This document shows positions 17,389-26,857 of a stretch of 31,573 nucleotides of DNA, piece by piece. Position 1 is the first letter of the stretch; every line of letters begins with the position of its first letter. The translations under genes and the position numbers were made by a program. The stretch comes from Candidatus Gottesmanbacteria bacterium. Lineage in GTDB: Bacteria; Patescibacteriota; Microgenomatia; UBA10105; UBA927. A model generated the notes under the pieces. That model searched no databases and was not told the origin of the DNA. It saw only the letters and a list, made by a program, of their open reading frames with translations. The stretch covers positions 1-31,573 of the forward strand of contig JACREP010000046.1 of NCBI GenBank assembly GCA_016218185.1, written 5' to 3'.

Positions 17389-18276
17389 ATGAACATATGT
17401 ATCAGTTCCACATTCGTTGGCCGTGATGGATACGGCCTGGTAACGCGCATTCTTGACGCCGTTGCAGAAGGTAAACTTCCGGGAATTACCGTTTCTGCGG
17501 TTATTTCCACACGGGAGTCGGGAGATGATAAAACATCCGATCAACTTCTCGCCAGATTACATGAAGCATATCCGGATGTACCTATCATCGCATATTCCGC
17601 CAAGCAACACGGAAGAATTAAACGAAAGCCCAGTGAAAAAGAAAAAGACCTGTATGATCTGGCAATTCTTGAACGTCTTGGAGCAGCAGATCTCAATATC
17701 ATGGTCGGAGACATGATTATTAAAGGACCGGAGTGGTGTCGGAAGCTTCCCAGTCTCAACCTCCACCCGGATTTGCCGCTTTCTTTGGGAGGGACAGAGG
17801 GGATGTATTGGGAAGTGATTGGCAAGTGGGTGCGGGACGGCCGAGGGGAAATAGGCGGTATGATGCATTTGGCTATACCAACGCTTGATGCCGGCACGCC
17901 GATTGCATATTTCCGCCTGCCGGCGCGGGGCACCGTCAATGGGGTTGATTTAGCACCGCTCTGGGATACGTTGCCGAAAGAACCCGATAAGCGGGAGGCT
18001 CTGATACAGCAACAAGTTGCGCTCAAAGATAAACCGACCCACCGGTTGTTTGTTGAGCTTCGGCGGGCAGAGGCAGCGTTTGAACAAAGACTGGTGTTGA
18101 GTACGATTACGATGTTTGCCCAAGATGAACTCGGTATACAGGAAGGAAGAGTGGTTGATAAAAATGGACAACCGCTTGAGAACGGTTTAGATATAACAGA
18201 GTGGGTTGTAGATGGAGCTGCGGTTTGGCCGGGAGGAGAAAGTAGCGGGAAATCTCGCAGTCCAGAAACTCAATGA
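17389..18276 (+). CDS. Divergent long formyltransferase, probable GAR transformylase (PurN-like)
   Basis: NLHP motif and GGMMHLAIPTLDAGTPI (catalytic Asn/His/Asp pattern of the formyltransferase family); sits between purF and purD; about 100 aa longer than standard PurN. Confidence 0.75.
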   Translation: MNICISSTFVGRDGYGLVTRILDAVAEGKLPGITVSAVISTRESGDDKTSDQLLARLHEAYPDVPIIAYSAKQHGRIKRKPSEKEKDLYDLAILERLGAADLNIMVGDMIIKGPEWCRKLPSLNLHPDLPLSLGGTEGMYWEVIGKWVRDGRGEIGGMMHLAIPTLDAGTPIAYFRLPARGTVNGVDLAPLWDTLPKEPDKREALIQQQVALKDKPTHRLFVELRRAEAAFEQRLVLSTITMFAQDELGIQEGRVVDKNGQPLENGLDITEWVVDGAAVWPGGESSGKSRSPETQ

Positions 18277-19619
18277 AACCGTACGATGTCATCGGGTCCG
18301 GAACGCGCACGAAGAGTCTTGATGCCGTTCTTATGCTAGAGAAAAAGAAGCGTGGTAAAAAACAAACCGTTTTAGTCATCGGATCAGGCGGTCGGGAACA
18401 TGCCATCGGCTGGAAACTTGCCCGGTCTTTGCAGGTTGGTAAGCTCTATTTCGCACCGGGTAACCCCGGTACCGGAGAAATCGGGGAAAACGTGCCCATA
18501 AAAGCAGACGATATTGAGGGATTAGTTGCTTTTGCAAAAACAAAAAACATAGACATTACCGTTGTTGGCACTGAGGCATCTCTGGTTGCCGGCATCGTGG
18601 ACCGGTTTGCTAAAGACGGTTTTCGTATTTTTGGCCCGAACAAACAAGCGGCCCGTCTGGAAACAAGCAAAGCATGGGCAGTGGAATTCATGGCGCGGCA
18701 TGGAGTCCCGCACCCAATTTCGGAAATCTTTGACCATCCGGGCGAGGCGCTTGCGTACGCGGAAAAGCTCGGCGGGCGGTGTGTGGTGAAAGCAGACGGA
18801 CTTTGTCAGGGCAAAGGGGTATTTGTCTGCAATTGGCAGGAAGAAGCTCGCAGGGCAGTGACCATGCTTATGGTGGACAAACTTTTCGGATCGGCCGGAG
18901 ATCGCGTGGTGATTCAGGAAAAATTAGAAGGCAAAGAAGTTTCCGTGATGGCGTTTTGCGACGGGTCACGTGCAGTGCCGTTGGTTGCGGTACAAGACTA
19001 CAAGCGCGCATATGACGGCGATCATGGCCCAAACACCGGCAGCATGGGTTCTGCGGCCCCGGCGAAACACGTGGGCCCGACTCTTTTGAAGAAAATCCAC
19101 CGACTGCTCACCCTTGCGGTAAAGGGCATGGGAGATGAAGGAGCAGCCTACCGCGGTATCCTGTATGCGGGTTTGATGATTGTGGACGGCAAGCCGTACA
19201 TTTTGGAATTTAACTGCCGTTTCGGTGACCCGGAGACGCAGGTACAACTTCCTCTTCTTGAAACCGATCTGTTGCCGATTCTGGAGGCGTGTATCGATGG
19301 CCGGCTGACGGCAGAGATGGTGCGCTGGAAGAAGGCTTCGGCAGTCTGCGTGGTATTGGCTTCCGAAGGGTATCCGGGTATCTACAAAACCGGAGAGATT
19401 GTCCGCGGACTTAGGCAACCAGCCGGTAATCACGGATTTATGGTATTTCACGCAGGAACATCACGCTTTGGCACCGTTGTTCAATCAGCCGGAGGCAGAG
19501 TCCTGGGCGTGACCGCTACGGCACCGACCGCTCGCGCCGCGAGAAAAAAAGCGTACGCTGCAATCGGAAATCCCCTGTCCTTTGAAGGCATGCAGTACAG
19601 GAAGGATATCGGTAAATAA
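18273..19619 (+). CDS. purD: Phosphoribosylamine-glycine ligase
   Basis: LVIGSGGREHA, APGNPG, KADGLCQGKGV, QDYKRAYDGDHGPNTGSMG, EFNCRFGDPETQ, HAGT, GGRVLGV, YRKDIG. Alternative start ATG 18333. Confidence 0.97.
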   Translation: MKPYDVIGSGTRTKSLDAVLMLEKKKRGKKQTVLVIGSGGREHAIGWKLARSLQVGKLYFAPGNPGTGEIGENVPIKADDIEGLVAFAKTKNIDITVVGTEASLVAGIVDRFAKDGFRIFGPNKQAARLETSKAWAVEFMARHGVPHPISEIFDHPGEALAYAEKLGGRCVVKADGLCQGKGVFVCNWQEEARRAVTMLMVDKLFGSAGDRVVIQEKLEGKEVSVMAFCDGSRAVPLVAVQDYKRAYDGDHGPNTGSMGSAAPAKHVGPTLLKKIHRLLTLAVKGMGDEGAAYRGILYAGLMIVDGKPYILEFNCRFGDPETQVQLPLLETDLLPILEACIDGRLTAEMVRWKKASAVCVVLASEGYPGIYKTGEIVRGLRQPAGNHGFMVFHAGTSRFGTVVQSAGGRVLGVTATAPTARAARKKAYAAIGNPLSFEGMQYRKDIGK

Positions 19620-19621
19620 CT

Positions 19622-22501
19622 ATGGAGACGGTGACACGGATTGAAGTAGTCACGACCGTTTGTGATTCGCGTGCATTTGTTTTGTACAAGCGGCTTGTTT
19701 CCGACGGATTTCGTCTCGCGCGTGTCCGGATCACGGATGTATATACGATCGATAAAAAATTTGCAGCCGGTGAACTTGCAAAAATCACTTCTCTTCTTGC
19801 TCACCCGCTGACGCAACGGGCAAGCCATACTATGCCGCTATCACCGGCAACGTTTTCCTGGGCTATCGAAATCGGGTATCTTCCGGGAGTCACTGACAAC
19901 GTTGCCGCAACGGTCCGCGAAATGATAGAAGATTTTACCGGAAAGCCGTTTGGGCATCATGAAGGAGTCTATACGTCGCGCGTCATGTTTTTTTCCGGAT
20001 CATTGACAGAATCCGAAGTGACGCGGATCGCTGAGCGTCTTTACAATCCGTTAATTGAACGCGCGAGCGTTAAAAGTTTTGCCGCGTTTCAAAAAGATAA
20101 CGGTATGGGGAAAAACATTCCGCGTGTCGTATTGTCCGCACCGCCTGCTGCTGATGAAGTGAGTCTGTCCGTAAGCGATAAGGAGTTGGCCTCTATCGGA
20201 ACACTGGGTGTTGCAAACCGGAATGGCACGCGTCGCGGGCCGCTGGCACTTGATATCTCTTCCATGAAAACGATCCGGGCGTACTTTCGCAAGCGGAAAA
20301 GAAACCCGACCGATGTAGAGCTTGAGTCTCTGGCACAGACGTGGAGCGAGCACTGCAAGCATACTATTTTTAATAGCCCTATTGATGATATCAAAGAAGG
20401 ACTGTTCCGGCGATACATAAAAGGGGCAACAGAACGCATCAGAAAGAAAAAAGGAAAGAGGGATTTTTGTGTCAGCGTGTTTTCTGATAATTCAGGAGCC
20501 ATCGTGTTTGATAAGCAGTTTCTCGTAACGCACAAAGTGGAAACGCACAACAGCCCGTCGGCGCTTGACCCGTTTGGCGGGGCCTTAACCGGCATCGTGG
20601 GAGTCAACCGCGATGCCATAGGCTTTGGGTTGGGGGCTAAGCCGGTGATCAACACGTACGGATTTTGCCTTGCCGATCCCCGCGACAAGACGATACTTTT
20701 TCGGGATCTGAACAAAACACAACCGATGCTTTCTGAAGCGAGGATTATGGAAGGGGTTGTTGCGGGGGTAAACAGCGGCGGCAACTGTTCCGGCATACCC
20801 ACGCCGCAGGGATTTTTGTATTTTGACCGGCGTTTTCGCGGAAAACCCCTGGTGTTTGTGGGAACTGTTGGGCTAATCCCCAAAATCGTCAGCGGCAGGA
20901 GGTCATACGAAAAAAAAGCCCGCCCGGGTGATTACATCGTTATGGTAGGCGGCAGGGTCGGGCTTGACGGCATCCACGGCGCCACGTTTTCTTCACAAGC
21001 CTTAACCAGCGGCAGTCCGGCAACAGCAGTACAGATCGGGGACCCCATAACACAGAAAAAGTTCAGTGACGCGATCGTGGGTGAAGCCCGAGACATGGGG
21101 CTTTTCCACAGTATTACCGACAATGGCGCGGGGGGGTTATCCTGTTCGGTTGCGGAAATGGCCAAAGAGTCCGGCGGATGTTTGGTGGAGCTTGAGAAGG
21201 TGCCGCTTAAGTATCCCGGACTTGCAGCGTGGCAAATCTGGATTTCCGAATCGCAGGAACGCATGACCCTGGCGGTCCCGAAGCATAAATGGCAGGCGTT
21301 GTCGCGTCTATTGAAGAGGCACGGAGTTGTGGCCACGGTGATCGGCACATTTACCCGTTCCGGACGATGCGTGGTAACTTACCGGGGAACAACAGTCATG
21401 GATGTGGATATAAAATTTTTGCATGACGGATTGCCAGCGCGCCAGATGCGCACGAAACCCATGCCGGCGGTCCGGAGGTCACCAAAACTCCCTCACGCGT
21501 CCGATCTCACACATTTATTTCTCTCCATGCTTTCCCGGCCGAATATCTCTAGTTTTTCATTTATTTCCCGTCAGTATGACCACGAGGTGCAGGGCAGTTC
21601 GGTTCTCAAGCCCCTGCAGGGAAGAGGAAAAGTCAATGCCGATGCGACGGTGACGCGACCGGTTTTATCATCCTTGCGCGGCATTGTGTTGTCCCAGGGG
21701 CTGTACCCGTCGTACAGCGATATTGACCCATATCGCATGGCGGCGTGTAGTTTAGATACCGCAGTACGAAACATTGTGGCCGCAGGAGCTGACCCTGACC
21801 GTATTGCGCTTTTGGACAATTTCTGCTGGTGCTCATCGCAGGACCCGGGACGACTTTGGCAGCTCAAACAGGCCGCCAAGGCTTGCTATGACTACGCGGT
21901 TGCCTACGGCACGCCGTTTATTTCCGGAAAAGACAGTATGTTCAATGATTTTACTGGGTTTGATGCACAGGGTAAGCCGGTTGCTATTTCCATTCCGCCG
22001 ACTCTTCTTATTTCCGCCATCGGTGTTGTTGCTGATAGTACAAAGGTCGTGTCCCTCGATGCGAAATTTCCCGGGGATCTGGTGTATCTTTTGGGTGAAA
22101 CGTACGATGAGGTAGGTGGGATTAATGCAAAAACAAACAGGAAACTTTATTTTGCCCTCAGCAGTGCAATACAACGCGGACTTGTGGCTTCCAGCCAAAG
22201 CGTGCACCGCGGCGGCGTAGCTGTTGCCATCGCCAAAACAGCACTGGCTGGGCTGTACGGAGTTGACGTGACGATTGACCGAGCGCCGTTTTCCGAAAGC
22301 CAGGGGCGTATTGTGGTGACCGTGGCGCCGCAAAACGCGAGGGCATTTGAAAACGTTATGACTGGTAATGCGTATGCCTGCATCGGCTCCGTGACAGAGA
22401 GGAAACGAATTCTTATGAAGGATCATGGAGGCAGAGTAATTGTTGATAGTTCACTTCATTATGCCCAGAGGTCATATCTGTCAACATTTAAGGAATATTG
22501 A
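19622..22501 (+). CDS. purL: FGAM synthase PurL with N-terminal fused PurS-like domains
   Basis: N-terminal ~150 aa with PGVTDN and NPLIE; WSEHCKH, KVETHNSPS, GGRVGLDGIHGAT, QIGDP, DNGAGG, SESQERM, QYDHEV, ISGKDSM; 959 aa. Confidence 0.95.
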   Translation: METVTRIEVVTTVCDSRAFVLYKRLVSDGFRLARVRITDVYTIDKKFAAGELAKITSLLAHPLTQRASHTMPLSPATFSWAIEIGYLPGVTDNVAATVREMIEDFTGKPFGHHEGVYTSRVMFFSGSLTESEVTRIAERLYNPLIERASVKSFAAFQKDNGMGKNIPRVVLSAPPAADEVSLSVSDKELASIGTLGVANRNGTRRGPLALDISSMKTIRAYFRKRKRNPTDVELESLAQTWSEHCKHTIFNSPIDDIKEGLFRRYIKGATERIRKKKGKRDFCVSVFSDNSGAIVFDKQFLVTHKVETHNSPSALDPFGGALTGIVGVNRDAIGFGLGAKPVINTYGFCLADPRDKTILFRDLNKTQPMLSEARIMEGVVAGVNSGGNCSGIPTPQGFLYFDRRFRGKPLVFVGTVGLIPKIVSGRRSYEKKARPGDYIVMVGGRVGLDGIHGATFSSQALTSGSPATAVQIGDPITQKKFSDAIVGEARDMGLFHSITDNGAGGLSCSVAEMAKESGGCLVELEKVPLKYPGLAAWQIWISESQERMTLAVPKHKWQALSRLLKRHGVVATVIGTFTRSGRCVVTYRGTTVMDVDIKFLHDGLPARQMRTKPMPAVRRSPKLPHASDLTHLFLSMLSRPNISSFSFISRQYDHEVQGSSVLKPLQGRGKVNADATVTRPVLSSLRGIVLSQGLYPSYSDIDPYRMAACSLDTAVRNIVAAGADPDRIALLDNFCWCSSQDPGRLWQLKQAAKACYDYAVAYGTPFISGKDSMFNDFTGFDAQGKPVAISIPPTLLISAIGVVADSTKVVSLDAKFPGDLVYLLGETYDEVGGINAKTNRKLYFALSSAIQRGLVASSQSVHRGGVAVAIAKTALAGLYGVDVTIDRAPFSESQGRIVVTVAPQNARAFENVMTGNAYACIGSVTERKRILMKDHGGRVIVDSSLHYAQRSYLSTFKEY

Positions 22502-22534
22502 CATATTAACATGTTAACATATTAATATATTCAT
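22495..22534. repeat. Five imperfect 8-bp tandem repeats (consensus ATATTAAC) between purL and purQ
   Basis: ATATTGAC ATATTAAC ATGTTAAC ATATTAAT ATATTCAT; includes TTGACA and palindromes TTAACATGTTAA and ATGTTAACAT. Confidence 0.7.
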
Positions 22535-22537
22535 TTT

Positions 22538-23338
22538 ATGAAAAAACCCAAAGCGATGATATTTTCCGGCTACGGGCTTAACTGTGAAGGGGAAACCAAA
22601 TATGCTTTTGAGCTTGCCGGCGCAGGCGCCGACATTGTTCACATCAATGACCTTGTGGATGGACGCAAAAAACTTTCGAGCTATCAAATTCTGGCATTTC
22701 CCGGAGGGTTTGCCTACGGTGACGACACGGGTGCGGGGAATGCGTATGCAGGGAAACTGAAGAATCATCTTTGGGAGGAAATAGTGAGTTTCGTCCCGGG
22801 TAATCATTTAATAATCGGCATTTGCAACGGGTGTCAGATTCTTGTAAATCTCGGGCTTTTCCCCGTCAGCAGCAAGCAGTACGAGGAGAGGGAAGCGGCA
22901 CTGCTTCAAAACGACTCGGGCCGTTATACGGTACGCTGGACGGACGTGAAAAGCGAAAGTTCCTCGCCCTGGCTTGCGGGCATCGATACCATGATGCTTC
23001 CGATTGCTCACGGTGAGGGAAAGTTTTATGCAACAGACAGAGTGCTTGCGACAATGAGAGAGAAAAAAATGATTGCTCTTCGGTATATTCACGGTGAGAT
23101 ATGCGCGTATCAGGGGCTTCCTGCCAATCCCACGGGGACGCTTGATGATATTGCAGCAATTACTGACCAAACCGGAAAGATTTTAGGTATCATGCCGCAC
23201 CCGGAGCGGGCCATATTCTTTACGCAGTTACCCCATTGGCCGTACCTTAAGGAGCAATATGTACGACGTAACATGCCGTTGCCTAAAGAGGGACCGGGGC
23301 TCAAAATATTTCAAAATGCCGTCGCCTATTTTGCGTAA
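22538..23338 (+). CDS. purQ: FGAM synthase glutaminase subunit
   Basis: GLNCEGET, PGGFAYGD, GICNGCQIL, NDSGRY, PIAHGEG, MPHPER triad. Confidence 0.97.
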   Translation: MKKPKAMIFSGYGLNCEGETKYAFELAGAGADIVHINDLVDGRKKLSSYQILAFPGGFAYGDDTGAGNAYAGKLKNHLWEEIVSFVPGNHLIIGICNGCQILVNLGLFPVSSKQYEEREAALLQNDSGRYTVRWTDVKSESSSPWLAGIDTMMLPIAHGEGKFYATDRVLATMREKKMIALRYIHGEICAYQGLPANPTGTLDDIAAITDQTGKILGIMPHPERAIFFTQLPHWPYLKEQYVRRNMPLPKEGPGLKIFQNAVAYFA

Positions 23339-23341
23339 ATC

Positions 23342-24352
23342 ATGAAACATCAACACTTTACGATCGCCACTCTGGGCAGCCACAGCGCTTTGCAAATACT
23401 CAAAGGAGCTAAGGATGAAGGGTTTAAAACGCTTCTGGTGGTGACGAAACATACGGAACCTTTTTATCGGCGGTTCACTTTTATTGATGACTTCATTGTC
23501 CTTCGTGCATTGGGTGATGTTATTTCTATAGAAAAAAGTTTACGAAAACGAAACGTCATCCTCATTCCGCATGGATCCTTTGTGGCGTATTTGGGCAAAG
23601 TTGGCAATAAACGGTTAACCGTACCCTATTACGGCAATAAAAAAGTCTTGGATTGGGAGGCAGACCGTACGCTCCAACGGCGTTGGCTAACCCGAGCAGG
23701 AATACATCAACCGAAACAATATAGACCCGATGAATCGATCCGCTTTCCCGTCATTGTGAAATCTTTTGGCGCTGCAGGCGGGTCGGGATATTTTATTGCA
23801 GCAAACAAGGCAGGATTAGACAAAAAAATTAAAGCAATGAAGCAGCATAAATACGTTATCCAACAATATGTCGTAGGGGTCACGTGCTACCTGCATTATT
23901 TTTATTCTCCTCTCACAAAATCGGTGGAGCTGATGAGCATTGACCGGCGGTATGAAACCAACGCGGACGCGCTCGGAAGAATTCCCCTTACCTATCAAAC
24001 CCCCTCTCTGGACCCAAGTTTCGTCGTTGTGGGCAACTCCCCACTCGTACTGCGCGAATCGCTTTTGCCGGAAGTACTCGCTATGGCTGAGCGCATTGTC
24101 TCTGCATCCCAAAAACTTATTGACCCGCGCGGTCTATTTGGCCCTTTTTGTCTGGAAACGATCATTACGCCGGATCAAAAATTTTATGCGATGGAGATAT
24201 CATGCAGGATTGTCGCCGGTACAAACTTATTTATTGAGGGTTCGCCCTACACGTGGTTAACGTATAATGAGCCGATGAGTACCGGCAGAAGAATTGCGCG
24301 GGAAATTAAAACCGCAATCAACAAAAACAAATTGGCTCTGCTTACCGGTTAA
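23342..24352 (+). CDS. purP: FAICAR synthetase PurP (archaeal-type ATP-grasp AICAR formyltransferase), paralog 1
   Basis: IATLGSHSALQILKGAKDEGF, PHGSFVAY, YFYSPL, DRRYETNAD, GNSPLVLRESLLP, GPFCLE, EISCRIVAGTN, MSTGRRIAREI. Confidence 0.9.
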   Translation: MKHQHFTIATLGSHSALQILKGAKDEGFKTLLVVTKHTEPFYRRFTFIDDFIVLRALGDVISIEKSLRKRNVILIPHGSFVAYLGKVGNKRLTVPYYGNKKVLDWEADRTLQRRWLTRAGIHQPKQYRPDESIRFPVIVKSFGAAGGSGYFIAANKAGLDKKIKAMKQHKYVIQQYVVGVTCYLHYFYSPLTKSVELMSIDRRYETNADALGRIPLTYQTPSLDPSFVVVGNSPLVLRESLLPEVLAMAERIVSASQKLIDPRGLFGPFCLETIITPDQKFYAMEISCRIVAGTNLFIEGSPYTWLTYNEPMSTGRRIAREIKTAINKNKLALLTG

Positions 24353-24355
24353 TAT

Positions 24356-25444
24356 ATGAAAATACCGACGATTGCCGTTTTGGGAAGCCACAGCGCCCTG
24401 GATGTTTGCCGCGGCGCCAAAGACGAGCGACTTGAGACGCTTGTAATTGCAGAAATCGGACGTGAGCAAACGTATGCTTCCTATTACAAATCCCGGCCAG
24501 GCATCGGATGTGTGGATGAATGTATGGTACTTGATCATTTTTCCGATATTCTTTCGCCGGATTTCCAAAAGAAGCTGCGGGCAAAAAACGTCATTTTCAT
24601 TCCCCACCGCTCGTTTGAAGCGTATCTTAATTTTGACTATCGCGCGATTGAAAACGATTTTCACGTTCCCATGTTTGGAAATAAGTATCTTCTGAAAATA
24701 GAAGAACGCCAAAGCCGGCCGAATCAGTATGATCTTTTAGAGGAAGCCAATATCCGATATCCCAAACAGTATAGTTCTCCTAAGGCGATCGACCGGTTGT
24801 GCATGGTAAAAGTATCTGAACGGACGCGTGTTTTTGAACGAGCATTTTTTCTCGTTTCCGGTTATCAGGACTATGTGAAAAAAACCAAAGAAATGATGGG
24901 TAACCAAAAAATTACCGGACAAGCCCTTGCCGCATCAGTCATTGAGGAATTTGTGGTTGGGACGCCGGTCAATTTCAATTTCTTTTACTCTCCTATTAAT
25001 AAACGTCTTGAACTTATGGGAACAGACACCAGAAGGCAGACAAATCTTGACGGAGTGCTTCGGGTTCCTGCGACATATCAGGAGGCCGTACTGAAATCTC
25101 TGCCGCTTACGTTTGAGGAATCAGGGCATATAGCAGTTACTGTTCTTGAGTCAATGCTGGAGAAAGCATTCAGTCTGGGTGAAGCATTTGTCGCAGCGAC
25201 GAAACGGTTATATCCACCGGGCATCATCGGACCGTTTGCCCTTCAGTCAATTATTACGTCAGGGCCTCCGAAAAAGGATATTGTCGTCATCGACGTATCT
25301 CCCCGCATGCCGGGGTCTCCCGGAATTTCTGCGACTCCTTACGGTGCATATCTGTATGGGAAATCAATGTCGGTAGGCAGACGGGTTGCAAAAGAAATCC
25401 GTGAAGCGTATACAAAGCATGCTATGGAAAGGATCATTACCTAG
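24356..25444 (+). CDS. PurP-like ATP-grasp protein, paralog 2 (divergent)
   Basis: IAVLGSHSALDVCRGAKDE, PHRSFEAY, FYSPI, DTRRQTNLDG, GHIAVTVLESMLE, GPFALQ, DVSPRMPGSPG, MSVGRRVAKEI. Confidence 0.85.
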   Translation: MKIPTIAVLGSHSALDVCRGAKDERLETLVIAEIGREQTYASYYKSRPGIGCVDECMVLDHFSDILSPDFQKKLRAKNVIFIPHRSFEAYLNFDYRAIENDFHVPMFGNKYLLKIEERQSRPNQYDLLEEANIRYPKQYSSPKAIDRLCMVKVSERTRVFERAFFLVSGYQDYVKKTKEMMGNQKITGQALAASVIEEFVVGTPVNFNFFYSPINKRLELMGTDTRRQTNLDGVLRVPATYQEAVLKSLPLTFEESGHIAVTVLESMLEKAFSLGEAFVAATKRLYPPGIIGPFALQSIITSGPPKKDIVVIDVSPRMPGSPGISATPYGAYLYGKSMSVGRRVAKEIREAYTKHAMERIIT

Positions 25445-25447
25445 TGT

Positions 25448-26857
25448 ATGCAAATACCTGATTTTTCCAATTACGTTTCTGCGCTTTCTTGGCGGTATGG
25501 GAGTGCCCCGATGCGGGGTATTTTCAGTGAACAAAATAAGTACAAAATCTGGCGCAGCATTTGGGTGGCACTGGCTGAAGCACAGTATAAAGCGGGATTA
25601 GTAAGTCTTGCGGAACTGAATGATCTTAGAAAACATAAAGATGACATGGATATAGAAAAAATCCTTGAGATAGAGAAAGAAACGAACCATGACCTGGTGG
25701 CAGCTATCCGCGAGTTTGCCCAAAAGGCCAAAATTGGCGGCGGCAAAATACACTTTGGAGCAACCAGTATGGATATCGTGGATAATGCCGACGCAATTCG
25801 CATACGCCAAGCACTGGCCTTGACTCAAAAAAATCTCGTTACACTCCTTGCATTGTTTGCAAGGCAAATTCACGCGTATGCAAATATTCCTTGTATGGGA
25901 TACACGCATCTGCAACCTGCGGAACCGATAACCGTGGGATACCGGCTCGCGTTCTATGCCCAGGATTTGCTCACCGATTTCACATTTCTGCAGTTTGTCC
26001 AATCGGTCTTCCAGGGTAAGGGACTGAAGGGAGCTGTCGGTACAAGGGCAAGTTATCAGGTAATCCTTAAAGGGACCTGCATGTCTGCCTCTGAATTTGA
26101 TGACCGCATCACCAAGGAACTCGGAATATCGGGAGCTCTTATTACCTCTCAAGTGTACCCGCGCAAGTACGACTATCTTGTGGTATCCCTTCTGGCAAGC
26201 ATTGCCTCCTCCGTAGCCAAATTTGCAGGGGACCTTAGAATTCTTCAGTCAGCAGGCATCGGCGAATGGAGTGAACCGTTCGGGAAAAAACAGGTAGGAT
26301 CTTCTGCTATGCCGTTTAAAAGAAATCCCATTAACTGCGAAAAAATCTGTTCGCTTGCGCGCTATGTGGCGGCCATCCCCTCAGTAGCACTGGAAAATGC
26401 GACATTGAGCTACCTGGAACGAACACTGGATGATTCTGCAAATAAACGGATCGTCGTTGCTGAGGGTTTTTTAGCGTTGGATGAAATACTCACTACTGCC
26501 CAAAAGATCGTTGATGGTTTGGTCATCAATACCCATCGCATCGCCCACAACGTCAACCAATATGCTCCATTTGCAGCAACGGAAACGCTTCTTATCATGC
26601 TTGTCAAACACGGTGCAGACCGCCAAAAAATGCATGAACTTCTCCGCACCATTTCCATGAAATCATCGGAGGCAATTCAGGCGGAAAAACCAAATCCCAT
26701 GAATCAACTGATCAAAGAGAATCCGACCATCCGTAAGTATTTAAAAGCAGCCGAAATTCATGAGTCGCTTGACGTTGCAAACCATGTCGGCGATGCACCG
26801 GAGCGCGCATTGAAACTGGTAAAAGAAATTAAAAAAACAATGAAGAATTATGGATAA
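25448..26857 (+). CDS. purB: Adenylosuccinate lyase
   Basis: HFGATSMD, GYTHLQPAEP, KGAVGT, signature GSSAMPFKRNP, LERTLDDSANKR. Confidence 0.97.
   Translation: MQIPDFSNYVSALSWRYGSAPMRGIFSEQNKYKIWRSIWVALAEAQYKAGLVSLAELNDLRKHKDDMDIEKILEIEKETNHDLVAAIREFAQKAKIGGGKIHFGATSMDIVDNADAIRIRQALALTQKNLVTLLALFARQIHAYANIPCMGYTHLQPAEPITVGYRLAFYAQDLLTDFTFLQFVQSVFQGKGLKGAVGTRASYQVILKGTCMSASEFDDRITKELGISGALITSQVYPRKYDYLVVSLLASIASSVAKFAGDLRILQSAGIGEWSEPFGKKQVGSSAMPFKRNPINCEKICSLARYVAAIPSVALENATLSYLERTLDDSANKRIVVAEGFLALDEILTTAQKIVDGLVINTHRIAHNVNQYAPFAATETLLIMLVKHGADRQKMHELLRTISMKSSEAIQAEKPNPMNQLIKENPTIRKYLKAAEIHESLDVANHVGDAPERALKLVKEIKKTMKNYG

Noticed and set aside
18254-18262. TCGCAGTCC shared between the purN-like 3' end and the pyrF insert
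   Set aside because: A single 9-mer match is expected by chance in 31 kb; neighbouring blocks do not match.
19020-19050. purD inactivated (GPNTGSMG instead of GPNTGGMG)
   Set aside because: Single conservative change; frame and all other motifs are intact.
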